Source: an uncultured delta proteobacterium (GTDB taxonomy: Bacteria; Desulfobacterota; Binatia; HRBIN30; BPIQ01). Taken from it: a stretch of 64,000 nucleotides of DNA. How positions within the stretch are numbered: position 1 is the stretch's first letter; each line of letters starts with the position of its first letter. The translations under genes were made by a program, and so were the position numbers. The notes under the pieces are model-generated. The model searched no databases, was not told the DNA's origin, and saw only the letters and a program-made list of their open reading frames with translations. Location of the stretch: positions 608,001 through 672,000 of the forward strand of contig CAVXGR010000018.1 of the NCBI GenBank assembly GCA_963761335.1, read 5' to 3'. This document shows positions 1 through 9,192 of the stretch, one piece after another.

Positions 1-1
1 G

Positions 2-3000
2 GCGACCGAGTTCGCGTACGCCGAGGCGCCGTCCGGGTTCGGGCCCACGAAGTCGGTCTCGTTCGGCTACCCGTTGCCGAACGAGGGCGCCCAATGGATC
101 CGCTGGTATGATCCCACTTACTTCGACATCGGCAGCGACTTCCTCGACGTCGACGGCAACGCGCGCCCGGACCTCGTGCAGCCGTCGGCGGACTCGACGA
201 CCTTGCTCTGGTGGCGGAATGTGGCCAGGTCCCGCACCTTCCAGTGGCCGCGCCTCGGCTTCGAGTCGGAGCTGCCGGTGTTTGCCATCCACAGCGGCGG
301 CTACGACTTCATCGACCTCAACGGCGACGCCCTGCCTGATCATGTCGAGACCACCTACCAGCGCTGGCATGTCGCCTACAACAACGGCAACGGCTTCGAT
401 CCGCCCGTCGACTGGGAGTTTCACCACGATCCGTTGATCACCGCGTGGTACGTCAATCCCGGGGGTGTGGCCGCCACCGTGGATCTGAACGGCGATCACC
501 GCCCCGATCGGGTCTTCTGCGCCATCGATCCCGACCTGCCGAAGTTCTGCCAGGTCTATCTCAACCGGGGCGACAACTTCAGCCCGACTCCGCTGCAATG
601 GTGGAACTCCCTCGGGTGGATGCCGCTGGCGCACGGCCTCGACCAGCTCATCGACATGAACGGCGACGGTCTGCCGGACATGGTGACCTCGGTGGATTCT
701 CAGGGCCATGCCCAGGATCATTGGGACGTCTGGCTGAACACTGGCCAGGGCTTTGCCCCGGTGGCGCAGCGCTGGACGATTCCCGGATTCGCCACCGCGC
801 CGCACGTGCGGGTCGGCTCCACCGACAACTGCCCCAGCTTCGGTTGGATCGAGAAGAAGCTCGCCGACATCAATGGAGACGGTCTTCCCGACTACATCGA
901 CTCGGTAAGCAGTCCGTGGCGCGTGTACATCAACAACGGCAGCTCCCTGCAGGGGCCGTTCCTCTGGTCGGGAACCGAGCCGTGGGGCGGCGAGCTGGCG
1001 AGCACGCAGGTGGAGATCTGGCCATCGCACTGGCCCTGCGTGATCGAGCCCAAGACCGACGTCATGGATATCAACGGCGACGGCACCGTCGATTTCGTTG
1101 CCGCCAAGGGCACGCAGGTCGGCATGCAGGTTCGCTACGGAGAGCGCTGGAGAGCCTCGGAGATCGTCCGTATCGACAACGGCATCGGCGGCTACAGCGC
1201 TGCGGAGTACGGCGCCGCAGCGGATCTGGACCTCAAGACGTGCAGCAGCGGTCCATACCAGGGGATGCCCTGCGAGGGAGTCACCGACTGCGGTCGCTCG
1301 GCGACCAACGGCTATTACCTCTGCGAAGACGACCCCGACACCCCCAGCTACGCGCCTTTTCCGCCCCAGGTCGTCACCCGTCTGGAGGTGGGCTCGGGCC
1401 TCGATGCGCCGGGGCACACGCTGGTGCGCGACTATCGCTACGCCGAGGCCGTCTACGATCCGGAGGAATCCGAGTTTCGCGGATTCCACTGGGTGATCGA
1501 GCGCGATGCGCAGCGGCAGCGCCTGCGCGAGCTCGAGTTCCTGCAGCCCGACGACCTGTATGATCCCGGGGCGCGCGCCGGAGTTCGTCCCTTCCGCTCG
1601 AAGCCGGTGCGTCAGCGCCTGTACGATATGGCCTCGCAAATGCCCCTGAGCGAGACTTCGTTCGAGTGGGAGGCGGTGCCCATCGCGGGTGACCGCGATC
1701 TCGTGCACCTCGCGCACCGCACCGATATCGCCTACGCCTACGACGGGTCTCCGGGCATTGCCGGACTCACCTCGCAGCGCGTCGAGCACGTGTACACGTA
1801 CGACGAGTACAACAACGTGGCGCAGGAGGCGGACTTCGCCGACGGCGCCTCGTTGCCGGCGCACGCGGCGCACATCTCCCATCGCTACGACGTGTCCCGG
1901 TACATCGTCGACCGGCCCTCGAGCGTACAGAGAGGGCTGCCGCTGGTGGCGCTGACGCGGCGGGACTTCCAGTACGACGCCCGCGGCAACCCGACCGCGA
2001 TTTTGGACTGTCTCGCCCCGGACACCTGCAGCAGCTTCGTCACCACGGCGCGCATCGAGTACGACGCCCCGGGGTCTCCCGACGCCGGTGCCGCGGGCAT
2101 GCCGACGCGGATCACTGATGCCCGCGGCAATGCCACCGACATCGAGTACGACTGCTCTGGGGGTGGAGTGAACTATGGTCTCTACCCCTGTCGGGTCACC
2201 AATGCGCTGGGGCAGGTGATGCAGTCCGTTTACGACGTCGGGCGCGGCGTGATCCTGTCGGCAACCGATGCCAACGGCGCCACCATCTCCTACGTGTACG
2301 ACGAGCTCGGGCGACTGGTCGGCATTCGCCGGCCTCTCGACTCACAGTACTCGCGCATGTTCGCCTACGTGCTCGGCGGTCCCGGGACGCCGAGTGCGAT
2401 CGACACGTTCGATAGGATGCCGTCGGCATTGGACGGCTATCGACAGAGCCGCACTTTCTACGACGGTCTCGGGCGCATGCTGGAGACCAAGAAGGAGGAC
2501 TTCGTCGAGGGAAATTTCAGCGTGACAGTGGCGGAGCTGGTGGCTTTTGATGCGGCTGGGCGAGCGGCCTGGAAGGCGGTTCCTTTCGCGGCCACCGCGC
2601 CTCTGGAGACCTACGAGCCGTGGCCCCAGGGCGCGCCGTCGACCGCCCTTCAGTTCGACTCGATGGACCGGGTGGTGAAGACGATCAATCCCGACGGCAC
2701 CTGGCGGCTGGCCGATTTCTCGGTTGCCGGCCGAACGGTGCGGCGGGACGAGAACACCGCGACCACGGGGCAGGGGAGGATCGTCGAGGAGCTCAGTGAC
2801 CCATTTGGCCGGCTGATCGAGAGCCGCACCTATGCCGGCACGCTGAGCGCCGGCGGACTGGTCGCGAGGAAGCGCACCACCTATGACGCCGCCGACCGGA
2901 TCGTGATGACGACGGCGTACGATTCGCTCGACGGCACCGGCTCCAACGCCACCACGGTGGTGTTCGCCTACGACGCTCTCGGGCGCCGTACCGCTGTCGT

Positions 3001-5680
3001 CGACCCGGACTCGGGGACCTGGAGCTACGGGTACGACGCCGCCGGAAACCTGATCTACGAGGACGATCCGAAGAGCGGTCAGCATCTGGAGATCTGCTAC
3101 GATGCCCTCAATCGAATCCGGCGCAAGTACGCGCTCAGCGGCGACACCTCGTCGAACCTGGCGGCGACCTGCCCGGCGTCCGGCAACTTCGAGGTGCGTG
3201 CCGAGTACACCTACGACACTCCGGCCGCGGGAGAGTACTGCGGCGCCGGTACCGGGCGGCTCTGCCACGTCGAGACGGCCAACACCAGCACCCGGATATC
3301 GTATGACCAGCGCGGTCGTCTCGCCACCGTCATCAAGCGGATCGCGGCGGCCGGGTCCGAGAAGGAGTTCACCTTCGTGCGCTCGTATGACCAAGCCGAC
3401 CACCTGGAAGGTGCACGCCTGCCGACCGAGGACGGCATTGAGCAGCTCACCTACCGGTACGATCCCGCCGGCCGCCTGTTTACGGTCGCTTCGTTGACCA
3501 ACACCTACGTCAGCGGCACCAGGTACGATCGCATGGGGCGGCGAACGGAGCAGCTCTACGGGCCGGCTGCTCTGCTGACCAATCGCTGGTCGTACGCCGA
3601 TTGGAGAGGCGACTTTCTCCTGACGACTCTCGACGTCTTCAATGCGGGCGGCAATCTGCAGCACTTCTCCTACACCTATGACCGCGCCGGAAACACTCTC
3701 TCGATCGACGATGGGTCGACCGATGTCTACCCCGACACCGACGCTCGCGACAGCGACAGGATCTACGTCTACGATGCGGTGGGGCGACTGATTTCGGCGA
3801 TTCCGGGGGTCGGCTCGCCGAGCGGCTACGACTACGACAAATGGGGCAACGTGCTGAGTGCCGCCGGGCTCGCCTTCACCCACGATGTCGCGCAGCCGCA
3901 TCACGTGAGCAGGGCTCCTTCGTCCAAGCCGGCCTACGGCTATGACGGCAACGGCGCCTTGATCTCACGCCCCGACACCGACGGAAGGGGCAATGACGCG
4001 GCGCGCACGGTGACCTACGACGTCGAGGGTCGCGTGCAGACGGTGACCTCCGGCGGCGATCAGCTGGAGTACCTGTACGACTATGACGGCACGCTGATCG
4101 TCCGCCTTCTCAACGGCGAGCCGACTTTCTACTTCGGGGACGCCTTCGAGGTCACCGGGAATCGCCTCACCCGCCACGTCTATGCCGGAACGCGACTGGT
4201 GGCCGAGAGCGCGGTGACACTCGGCGCCGACTCGCCGCTGTTGGCGGCGCGCGGGGGCGGGCAGGGCCGCGTCGTCGAGTTGGCCCGAGCCATGGCGGAG
4301 AGCCTGCGTCTCTCTCCGACCCTCTATCCGAGCTACGCATTGGCAGCGGAAGATGCAGTGCCGCTGGGCGGCTTCCTCTTACTGCTGCTGGTGTGCGCGG
4401 GGCACATTCCCGGCCGGGTGCGGGTCGGCCTTGCCGCCGGGCGCCGCGGAACCTTTCGCAGCCTGCGCCGCGGCCATATCGTGGTGGTCGTCATTCTCTT
4501 CGGCGCCAGCCTCACCCCGATGACCTGCGTTCGCCTGGCGTCCGCGGGCGGAGGCGGCCGGGTGGTGCCGCCGCCGCCGCCGTTGCCGACGTACTTCGTG
4601 CACTCCGACCAGCTCGGCTCGACCTCGATGCTCACCTGCTACGGCCGTCCCGCCGCGGAGAACTGCGCCGATGGCGAGCCTGCCGAGTTCTATCGGTACG
4701 ATGCCTACGGCATGGTCAGCGCCTACGACACCCGCGGCAAGTCGGTTCACCGGGGCGCCGAGAAGACCGACCGACTCTACACCGGCCAGCGTTGGGAAGC
4801 CTCGGCCCGGCTCTGCCACGCACATGCGCGGTTCTACGATCCCCGCATCGTCCGCTTCCTCTCGGAAGATCCCGCCGGACAGCAGCCGAATCCGTACGCC
4901 TACGCCGGCTGGAACCCGGTCCGCTACGTCGACCCCAGCGGAACCGTTTTCAGCCCCGCCAACATCAACTTCACCGCCGCGGGGGAAGCGATGATTCTGG
5001 AGTGGTCATGGGACTACCAGGTCGAAACGATATTCAGTGGAGGGTTTAGCCCGGGCAGCTTTGCGAAGGTCGACGTCGGCCTGGCGGGAGACGAGGCTGC
5101 CCGCGGTCGCCAACAGCAGCTGGTGTTGGCCGTCGCCGAAGGGGTTGCGGCGGGCCAGAAGTACTCGCGGAACGGCGTCGAGCTCAGCTTGGAGGCCATG
5201 GCGTTCGCGGCGTATTGGCCGGGAAGCCCAAGCGTCCGAGCCGCGGCCTACACGCCTCTGGCCGCGAGCAGTCAGGCCTATGGCGCGGCGGCCGGCCTGC
5301 TCGGCACGGTCATCGAGTTCGCCCTGCAGCAGTGGGCCTTCACCGCCGAGGCGGCTCACGACGCGCTGATCTTCGCGGCGAAGACCCGGGTAGCTGACCT
5401 TGGATTCCCAGGCAAACCGTTCTCTGCAGTGATGAGCTACCTGCCAGCGCAAAGGCACGACGTTGGGACTCTCCCAGAGCTGCCTCTCTCCATTACATTT
5501 CCGTCATCGGCAGTTAGCGAGCATGAGGCCGGAGTGCAGTACAGGGTTCTCACGCTTACAGGGGCGGGCGATGTAGGGAGGGGGCCATTCCTCTGGTCGG
5601 CACCGGCTAGTTCGCCGAGACAGCTAGGTCTCCAACAAGCGATTACCATCACGACGGGAGATCTGGGGTTCTACCCATGA
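2..5680 (+). CDS. Giant RHS/YD-repeat protein with FG-GAP/VCBS repeats and TcdB-midN-like region (5' partial)
   Basis: Frame is open from base 2 (ATEFAYAEAP...). Repeated DxNGDGxPD motifs, EFRGF motif, many YD-x-x-GR repeats, and an RHS core HSDQLGS...ARFYDP...RFLSEDP...NPYAY...NPVRYVDPSG followed by a ~245 aa C-terminal domain. Confidence 0.93.
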   Translation, partial: ATEFAYAEAPSGFGPTKSVSFGYPLPNEGAQWIRWYDPTYFDIGSDFLDVDGNARPDLVQPSADSTTLLWWRNVARSRTFQWPRLGFESELPVFAIHSGGYDFIDLNGDALPDHVETTYQRWHVAYNNGNGFDPPVDWEFHHDPLITAWYVNPGGVAATVDLNGDHRPDRVFCAIDPDLPKFCQVYLNRGDNFSPTPLQWWNSLGWMPLAHGLDQLIDMNGDGLPDMVTSVDSQGHAQDHWDVWLNTGQGFAPVAQRWTIPGFATAPHVRVGSTDNCPSFGWIEKKLADINGDGLPDYIDSVSSPWRVYINNGSSLQGPFLWSGTEPWGGELASTQVEIWPSHWPCVIEPKTDVMDINGDGTVDFVAAKGTQVGMQVRYGERWRASEIVRIDNGIGGYSAAEYGAAADLDLKTCSSGPYQGMPCEGVTDCGRSATNGYYLCEDDPDTPSYAPFPPQVVTRLEVGSGLDAPGHTLVRDYRYAEAVYDPEESEFRGFHWVIERDAQRQRLRELEFLQPDDLYDPGARAGVRPFRSKPVRQRLYDMASQMPLSETSFEWEAVPIAGDRDLVHLAHRTDIAYAYDGSPGIAGLTSQRVEHVYTYDEYNNVAQEADFADGASLPAHAAHISHRYDVSRYIVDRPSSVQRGLPLVALTRRDFQYDARGNPTAILDCLAPDTCSSFVTTARIEYDAPGSPDAGAAGMPTRITDARGNATDIEYDCSGGGVNYGLYPCRVTNALGQVMQSVYDVGRGVILSATDANGATISYVYDELGRLVGIRRPLDSQYSRMFAYVLGGPGTPSAIDTFDRMPSALDGYRQSRTFYDGLGRMLETKKEDFVEGNFSVTVAELVAFDAAGRAAWKAVPFAATAPLETYEPWPQGAPSTALQFDSMDRVVKTINPDGTWRLADFSVAGRTVRRDENTATTGQGRIVEELSDPFGRLIESRTYAGTLSAGGLVARKRTTYDAADRIVMTTAYDSLDGTGSNATTVVFAYDALGRRTAVVDPDSGTWSYGYDAAGNLIYEDDPKSGQHLEICYDALNRIRRKYALSGDTSSNLAATCPASGNFEVRAEYTYDTPAAGEYCGAGTGRLCHVETANTSTRISYDQRGRLATVIKRIAAAGSEKEFTFVRSYDQADHLEGARLPTEDGIEQLTYRYDPAGRLFTVASLTNTYVSGTRYDRMGRRTEQLYGPAALLTNRWSYADWRGDFLLTTLDVFNAGGNLQHFSYTYDRAGNTLSIDDGSTDVYPDTDARDSDRIYVYDAVGRLISAIPGVGSPSGYDYDKWGNVLSAAGLAFTHDVAQPHHVSRAPSSKPAYGYDGNGALISRPDTDGRGNDAARTVTYDVEGRVQTVTSGGDQLEYLYDYDGTLIVRLLNGEPTFYFGDAFEVTGNRLTRHVYAGTRLVAESAVTLGADSPLLAARGGGQGRVVELARAMAESLRLSPTLYPSYALAAEDAVPLGGFLLLLLVCAGHIPGRVRVGLAAGRRGTFRSLRRGHIVVVVILFGASLTPMTCVRLASAGGGGRVVPPPPPLPTYFVHSDQLGSTSMLTCYGRPAAENCADGEPAEFYRYDAYGMVSAYDTRGKSVHRGAEKTDRLYTGQRWEASARLCHAHARFYDPRIVRFLSEDPAGQQPNPYAYAGWNPVRYVDPSGTVFSPANINFTAAGEAMILEWSWDYQVETIFSGGFSPGSFAKVDVGLAGDEAARGRQQQLVLAVAEGVAAGQKYSRNGVELSLEAMAFAAYWPGSPSVRAAAYTPLAASSQAYGAAAGLLGTVIEFALQQWAFTAEAAHDALIFAAKTRVADLGFPGKPFSAVMSYLPAQRHDVGTLPELPLSITFPSSAVSEHEAGVQYRVLTLTGAGDVGRGPFLWSAPASSPRQLGLQQAITITTGDLGFYP

Positions 5681-5694
5681 CGTGGAGGGTGAAC

Positions 5695-6300
5695 ATGCAA
5701 GTCGGACGCTACCTTGTTGGCTCTGTCATCGTGGCGATGATGTTGATGAGTAGAGCCAACGCAGGAGGACACGAGTTGGCGTTTTACGTAGATGCGAGTT
5801 TTCGTGCCGGCTCCGAAACGACCACACTGAAGCTCGACAGTGGAGAGTCCCTTGTAGTCGCGCTGCCGCCTGTTGCGATCATACACTCCCAAGACGTAGT
5901 CGGCGCGCGCGTCATGAAGATCCCGGTGGAATTCTACGATCAACCACCCCCGGGTGTGCCGCACCCACAGCTACATCGAGTTGTTCTGGATTTGAAGAAA
6001 GACGCAAACGACCGCCTGCAGACGGCGTTCCGGACAACCTGTGGCTCCACCCCTGGCCTGTCGATCGCTTTGGACGAGATCATCGTCGGGTACATTACAG
6101 TGACCGGATGTAGTTCTCCTCTGGAGGCGGGCTCAGAGTTCTGGAGCCGAGAGAAAGCCCTCGAAGTGGCGCGGAGGTTCACCAAGAACGTGCGCATCGT
6201 GGAGCCGACGCCGTCGCCGACTGCCCCCGGGCCGGTGTCAGCTCATCCGGTGCGCTATCGGGCCCCGGCCGATGCTGCGGCGCAGCTGGCGAGACGGTGA
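5695..6300 (+). CDS. Exported protein directly downstream of the RHS gene; SecDF P1-head-like, immunity-position gene
   Basis: GGAGGG RBS before ATG 5695; signal peptide ending ANA; homologous by eye to 7086..7631; visibly lower GC. Confidence 0.75.
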   Translation: MQVGRYLVGSVIVAMMLMSRANAGGHELAFYVDASFRAGSETTTLKLDSGESLVVALPPVAIIHSQDVVGARVMKIPVEFYDQPPPGVPHPQLHRVVLDLKKDANDRLQTAFRTTCGSTPGLSIALDEIIVGYITVTGCSSPLEAGSEFWSREKALEVARRFTKNVRIVEPTPSPTAPGPVSAHPVRYRAPADAAAQLARR

Positions 6301-6318
6301 TGCCCGTGGAGTGCCAGA

Positions 6319-6492
6319 ATGCTCGCGGCGAAGGGCACCAAGGACAGGAAGAGGGGGCGCGACCGCGGCGCCCTGCTGGCGGCGCTGCTCCTGCTGGCGG
6401 CGCTCGCCTGCGTTTCGTCGGTTTCCTGCCCGGAACAACCGGAGTCGGCCGCGGCGCAGGGCGGCGAGGTCGCGGGGGCGCGCCGATTCTGA
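6319..6492 (+). CDS. Small 57 aa membrane peptide (absent from the ORF track)
   Basis: GGAG upstream of ATG 6319; MLAAKGTKDRKRGRDRGALLAALLLLAALACVSSVSCPEQ...RRF-stop has a basic N-terminus, a hydrophobic helix and GC-rich third codon positions. Confidence 0.5.
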   Translation: MLAAKGTKDRKRGRDRGALLAALLLLAALACVSSVSCPEQPESAAAQGGEVAGARRF

Positions 6493-6552
6493 ACAGGCAT
6501 CCAGGAGCCCGTTGTTTTTCAACGGGCCACCAGCTCAAGGAGGAGCATGCCC

Positions 6553-7074
6553 ATGGAAAGGGAAACTCTCATTGCGATCATCGCCGCGCTCGGCCTGTCG
6601 CTGGGCGCCATTGCCGGGCTCGGGGCGGAGGAGGGGAGGGTCGCCGACTTTCACCAGTGGATCGAGCAACGGATGCATCCTCCACGCCGGGATGAAGCGG
6701 ATGGCGAGGCACGGCGTCGGATCCGCGGCCGCATAGATGATCTGCGCCGCGCCCGCCGCGATGCCGAGGTGAGCGTGCACCGGGTGCGCTGGCACAGCGA
6801 CCAGGGCATGCGCGACGGCGAGCCGTGGCGCATGCTGCTGCGGAGAGACCGCCGCGACGGCACCCTCGGTGGTCGGATCAGCACCGCCCGGCCGAGCCCC
6901 TTCGCCGACGGCACCATTCGCGGTCGAATGGACGGCGAAGGCATCAGCGGCCAAGTCGTGGACGCGGCGGGCAATCAGCTGGGAAGCTTCACCGGGACGG
7001 TTTCGGGGGATGCCATGAGCGGCACCTTCGAGAGCGCCGACGGCGACTACGGCACCTGGCGCACCGACGACTGA
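6553..7074 (+). CDS. Hypothetical exported protein with beta-rich C-terminus
   Basis: Strong AAGGAGGAG RBS; N-terminal hydrophobic segment; G-x-F-x-G-x-W type C-terminus. Confidence 0.75.
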   Translation: MERETLIAIIAALGLSLGAIAGLGAEEGRVADFHQWIEQRMHPPRRDEADGEARRRIRGRIDDLRRARRDAEVSVHRVRWHSDQGMRDGEPWRMLLRRDRRDGTLGGRISTARPSPFADGTIRGRMDGEGISGQVVDAAGNQLGSFTGTVSGDAMSGTFESADGDYGTWRTDD

Positions 7075-7085
7075 GTTGCTGACCG

Positions 7086-7631
7086 ATGTGCCGCTCGCCG
7101 TGGGCGCGGTTGGCGCTGCTGGCTGCCCTGCTGGCGCCGGCCGCCGTCGTCGCCCAGCAGATCGCTCTCTACTCGCCGCTCGCCGGGGTCCCGGGCGCCG
7201 GCTGCGCCGACCGCCCTGCCGTCTCGCTGCTCACGCGGCAGCTGCCGATTCCGCTGGCCGCCATCTCTGCCGAAGACGTGCGCGGTGTCCGCGCCGTGAT
7301 CGTTCCCCTCTCGCTCGAGCCCGGGTTCCCCGTCAGCGGCGCGCGCCCGGAGTTCTATCGGGTCATCGTCGATCTCGGAGCGCAGGCGCGTCGCCAGCTG
7401 CGCGACGCACTCGAGAGCGGATGCCGCGGTGAAAGCGCGCTGGCGCTGGACGTCGACGGGGCCTTTCTCGACGTTCCGGTCACCGCCCCGTGCACGGGAG
7501 CGGAGCTGCGCGCCCGCTTTGGCGACCGCGAGTCGGCGCGGCGCTTCGCGGCCATGTTCTCCGCCACGCCGCTCGCCTTCTTCCTCGACCCCCGCCTCGA
7601 CCCCTTCCGCGGCGGCCGGCGCGAACCGTGA
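7086..7631 (+). CDS. Exported protein, paralog of 5695..6300 (SecDF P1-head-like)
   Basis: Signal peptide; collinear motifs shared with 5695..6300, including two Cys. Confidence 0.75.
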   Translation: MCRSPWARLALLAALLAPAAVVAQQIALYSPLAGVPGAGCADRPAVSLLTRQLPIPLAAISAEDVRGVRAVIVPLSLEPGFPVSGARPEFYRVIVDLGAQARRQLRDALESGCRGESALALDVDGAFLDVPVTAPCTGAELRARFGDRESARRFAAMFSATPLAFFLDPRLDPFRGGRREP

Positions 7632-7687
7632 TCCGCTGCCCTTGCCGAGGGGCATTGTGGTAGACCCCGGAGGGAGAAATCCCGCGG

Positions 7688-9175
7688 ATGCGAAGAATCG
7701 TCGCCATCGCGACCGGTGTCGCGTTACTGGCCGTGGTCGCCGTCGGCACCCGCTTGCTGTGGGTCGCCTTGCACGTGGCAGCCGGCTACACGGCACACGT
7801 GACGTGCTCATTGGCTCTGATCTCGGGTCAGGACCCGGCGGAGGTGTTCGGCGACTATGTGTCGCGCGAGGTTGCGCCTGCGGATCGGGTCCTTCGCGTC
7901 GCCGTGTCGCCCGCCGGAGCCGATGCCAGCGTGCTCGGCCTGATGCACGCGCGCGCCGCGTACCGCCGCGGCCTCGGCTGCACTCTGCTTCCCGTAGGGA
8001 GCAGGGACGACCTGCCGCTGCCGGACGGCCTCGCGATTCCGCGGCGCCGCCTCGATCCCGCTCTGCCGTGGCCGGATGGCGGCGCGGGAGTGAAGGCGCC
8101 GCCGGATCCGGCGATCGCCTCCGCCATCGACCGAGCCTTTCGCGAGCCGGTGCCTCCCCAGCCGGGTGGCATCCGGCAGACCAGGGCCGTGCTGGTGGCC
8201 AGAGACGGGCAGCTGCTTGCCGAGCGCTACGCGCCGGGGTACGGGCCGCAGACGCCGATGCTGTCTTGGTCGATGGCGAAGAGCGTCACTGCCGCCCTCG
8301 TTGGGGTCGCCGTCGGCGACGGTCGCCTGGGGTTGGGCGTCCCGGCGGCGGTGCCCGAGTGGGCGGCGCCGAGCGATCCCCGCCACGCGATCACGCTCGA
8401 CGAGCTCCTGCGCATGTCGAGCGGCCTCGCCTTCGACGAGCACTACGGCGCCATCAACGACGTCTCGCGAATGCTGTTCACCATGCCTGACACGGGAGCC
8501 TTCGCGGCGCGACAGCCGCTGGCCTTCCCGCCCGACACGCACTGGTCCTACTCGAGCGGCACGGCCAACATCATCTCGCGCCTGCTGCGCGACTCTTTCG
8601 GCGGCGATCTCGCGCAGCTGGCTCGCTACGCCGACGAGCGGCTGTTCGACCCGGCGGGAATGACCAGCGCCTTCTTCGAGCCCGACGAATCGGGCACGCC
8701 GATCGGATCCTCCTTCGCCTTCATGACCGGGCGCGACTGGGCGCGTTTCGGCGAGCTGCACCGGCGGGACGGCGTGTGGAACGGGCGACGCATCCTGCCC
8801 GAAGGCTGGGTGCGGTACGTGACCACGCCGACGCCGGCGGCGCCGGACGGCTCGTACGGGGCGCTCTGGTGGCTGAACGCCGGCTCTCCGCGGAATGCCT
8901 CCTCCCGGCCCTGGCCGGCGTTGCCGGCTGATACCTACGCGGCCAGTGGGCACAGCGGCCAGTGGGTGTTCGTCGTCCCTTCTGCGAAGCTCGTCGTGGT
9001 GCGCCTGGGGCTGTCGTTTCCCGACGACGGCAACGACGGGGCCGTGGATCTGGTCGCCGACCTGCTGCGGGCGTTCGCGGCGGCAGACGGCGCCGCGAGC
9101 CACGCGGGCACGGCGGGCGGAGCGCCAGCCGCCAGGCAGAATGCGGTCCGGCTGGCCGCGGCGCCAGGGGCGTGA
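7688..9175 (+). CDS. Serine hydrolase, class C beta-lactamase/AmpC-like family
   Basis: SxxK motif (SWSMAKS), YSS motif, GHSGQ; N-terminal membrane anchor. Confidence 0.9.
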   Translation: MRRIVAIATGVALLAVVAVGTRLLWVALHVAAGYTAHVTCSLALISGQDPAEVFGDYVSREVAPADRVLRVAVSPAGADASVLGLMHARAAYRRGLGCTLLPVGSRDDLPLPDGLAIPRRRLDPALPWPDGGAGVKAPPDPAIASAIDRAFREPVPPQPGGIRQTRAVLVARDGQLLAERYAPGYGPQTPMLSWSMAKSVTAALVGVAVGDGRLGLGVPAAVPEWAAPSDPRHAITLDELLRMSSGLAFDEHYGAINDVSRMLFTMPDTGAFAARQPLAFPPDTHWSYSSGTANIISRLLRDSFGGDLAQLARYADERLFDPAGMTSAFFEPDESGTPIGSSFAFMTGRDWARFGELHRRDGVWNGRRILPEGWVRYVTTPTPAAPDGSYGALWWLNAGSPRNASSRPWPALPADTYAASGHSGQWVFVVPSAKLVVVRLGLSFPDDGNDGAVDLVADLLRAFAAADGAASHAGTAGGAPAARQNAVRLAAAPGA

Positions 9176-9192
9176 TAGCTCGCCCCTCCAGC

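Noticed and set aside
2..5680. RHS protein as a T6SS effector or complete Tc toxin complex
   Set aside because: No PAAR, VgrG, EagR or TcA gene is visible. The N-terminus lies outside the window, so the delivery route cannot be assigned.
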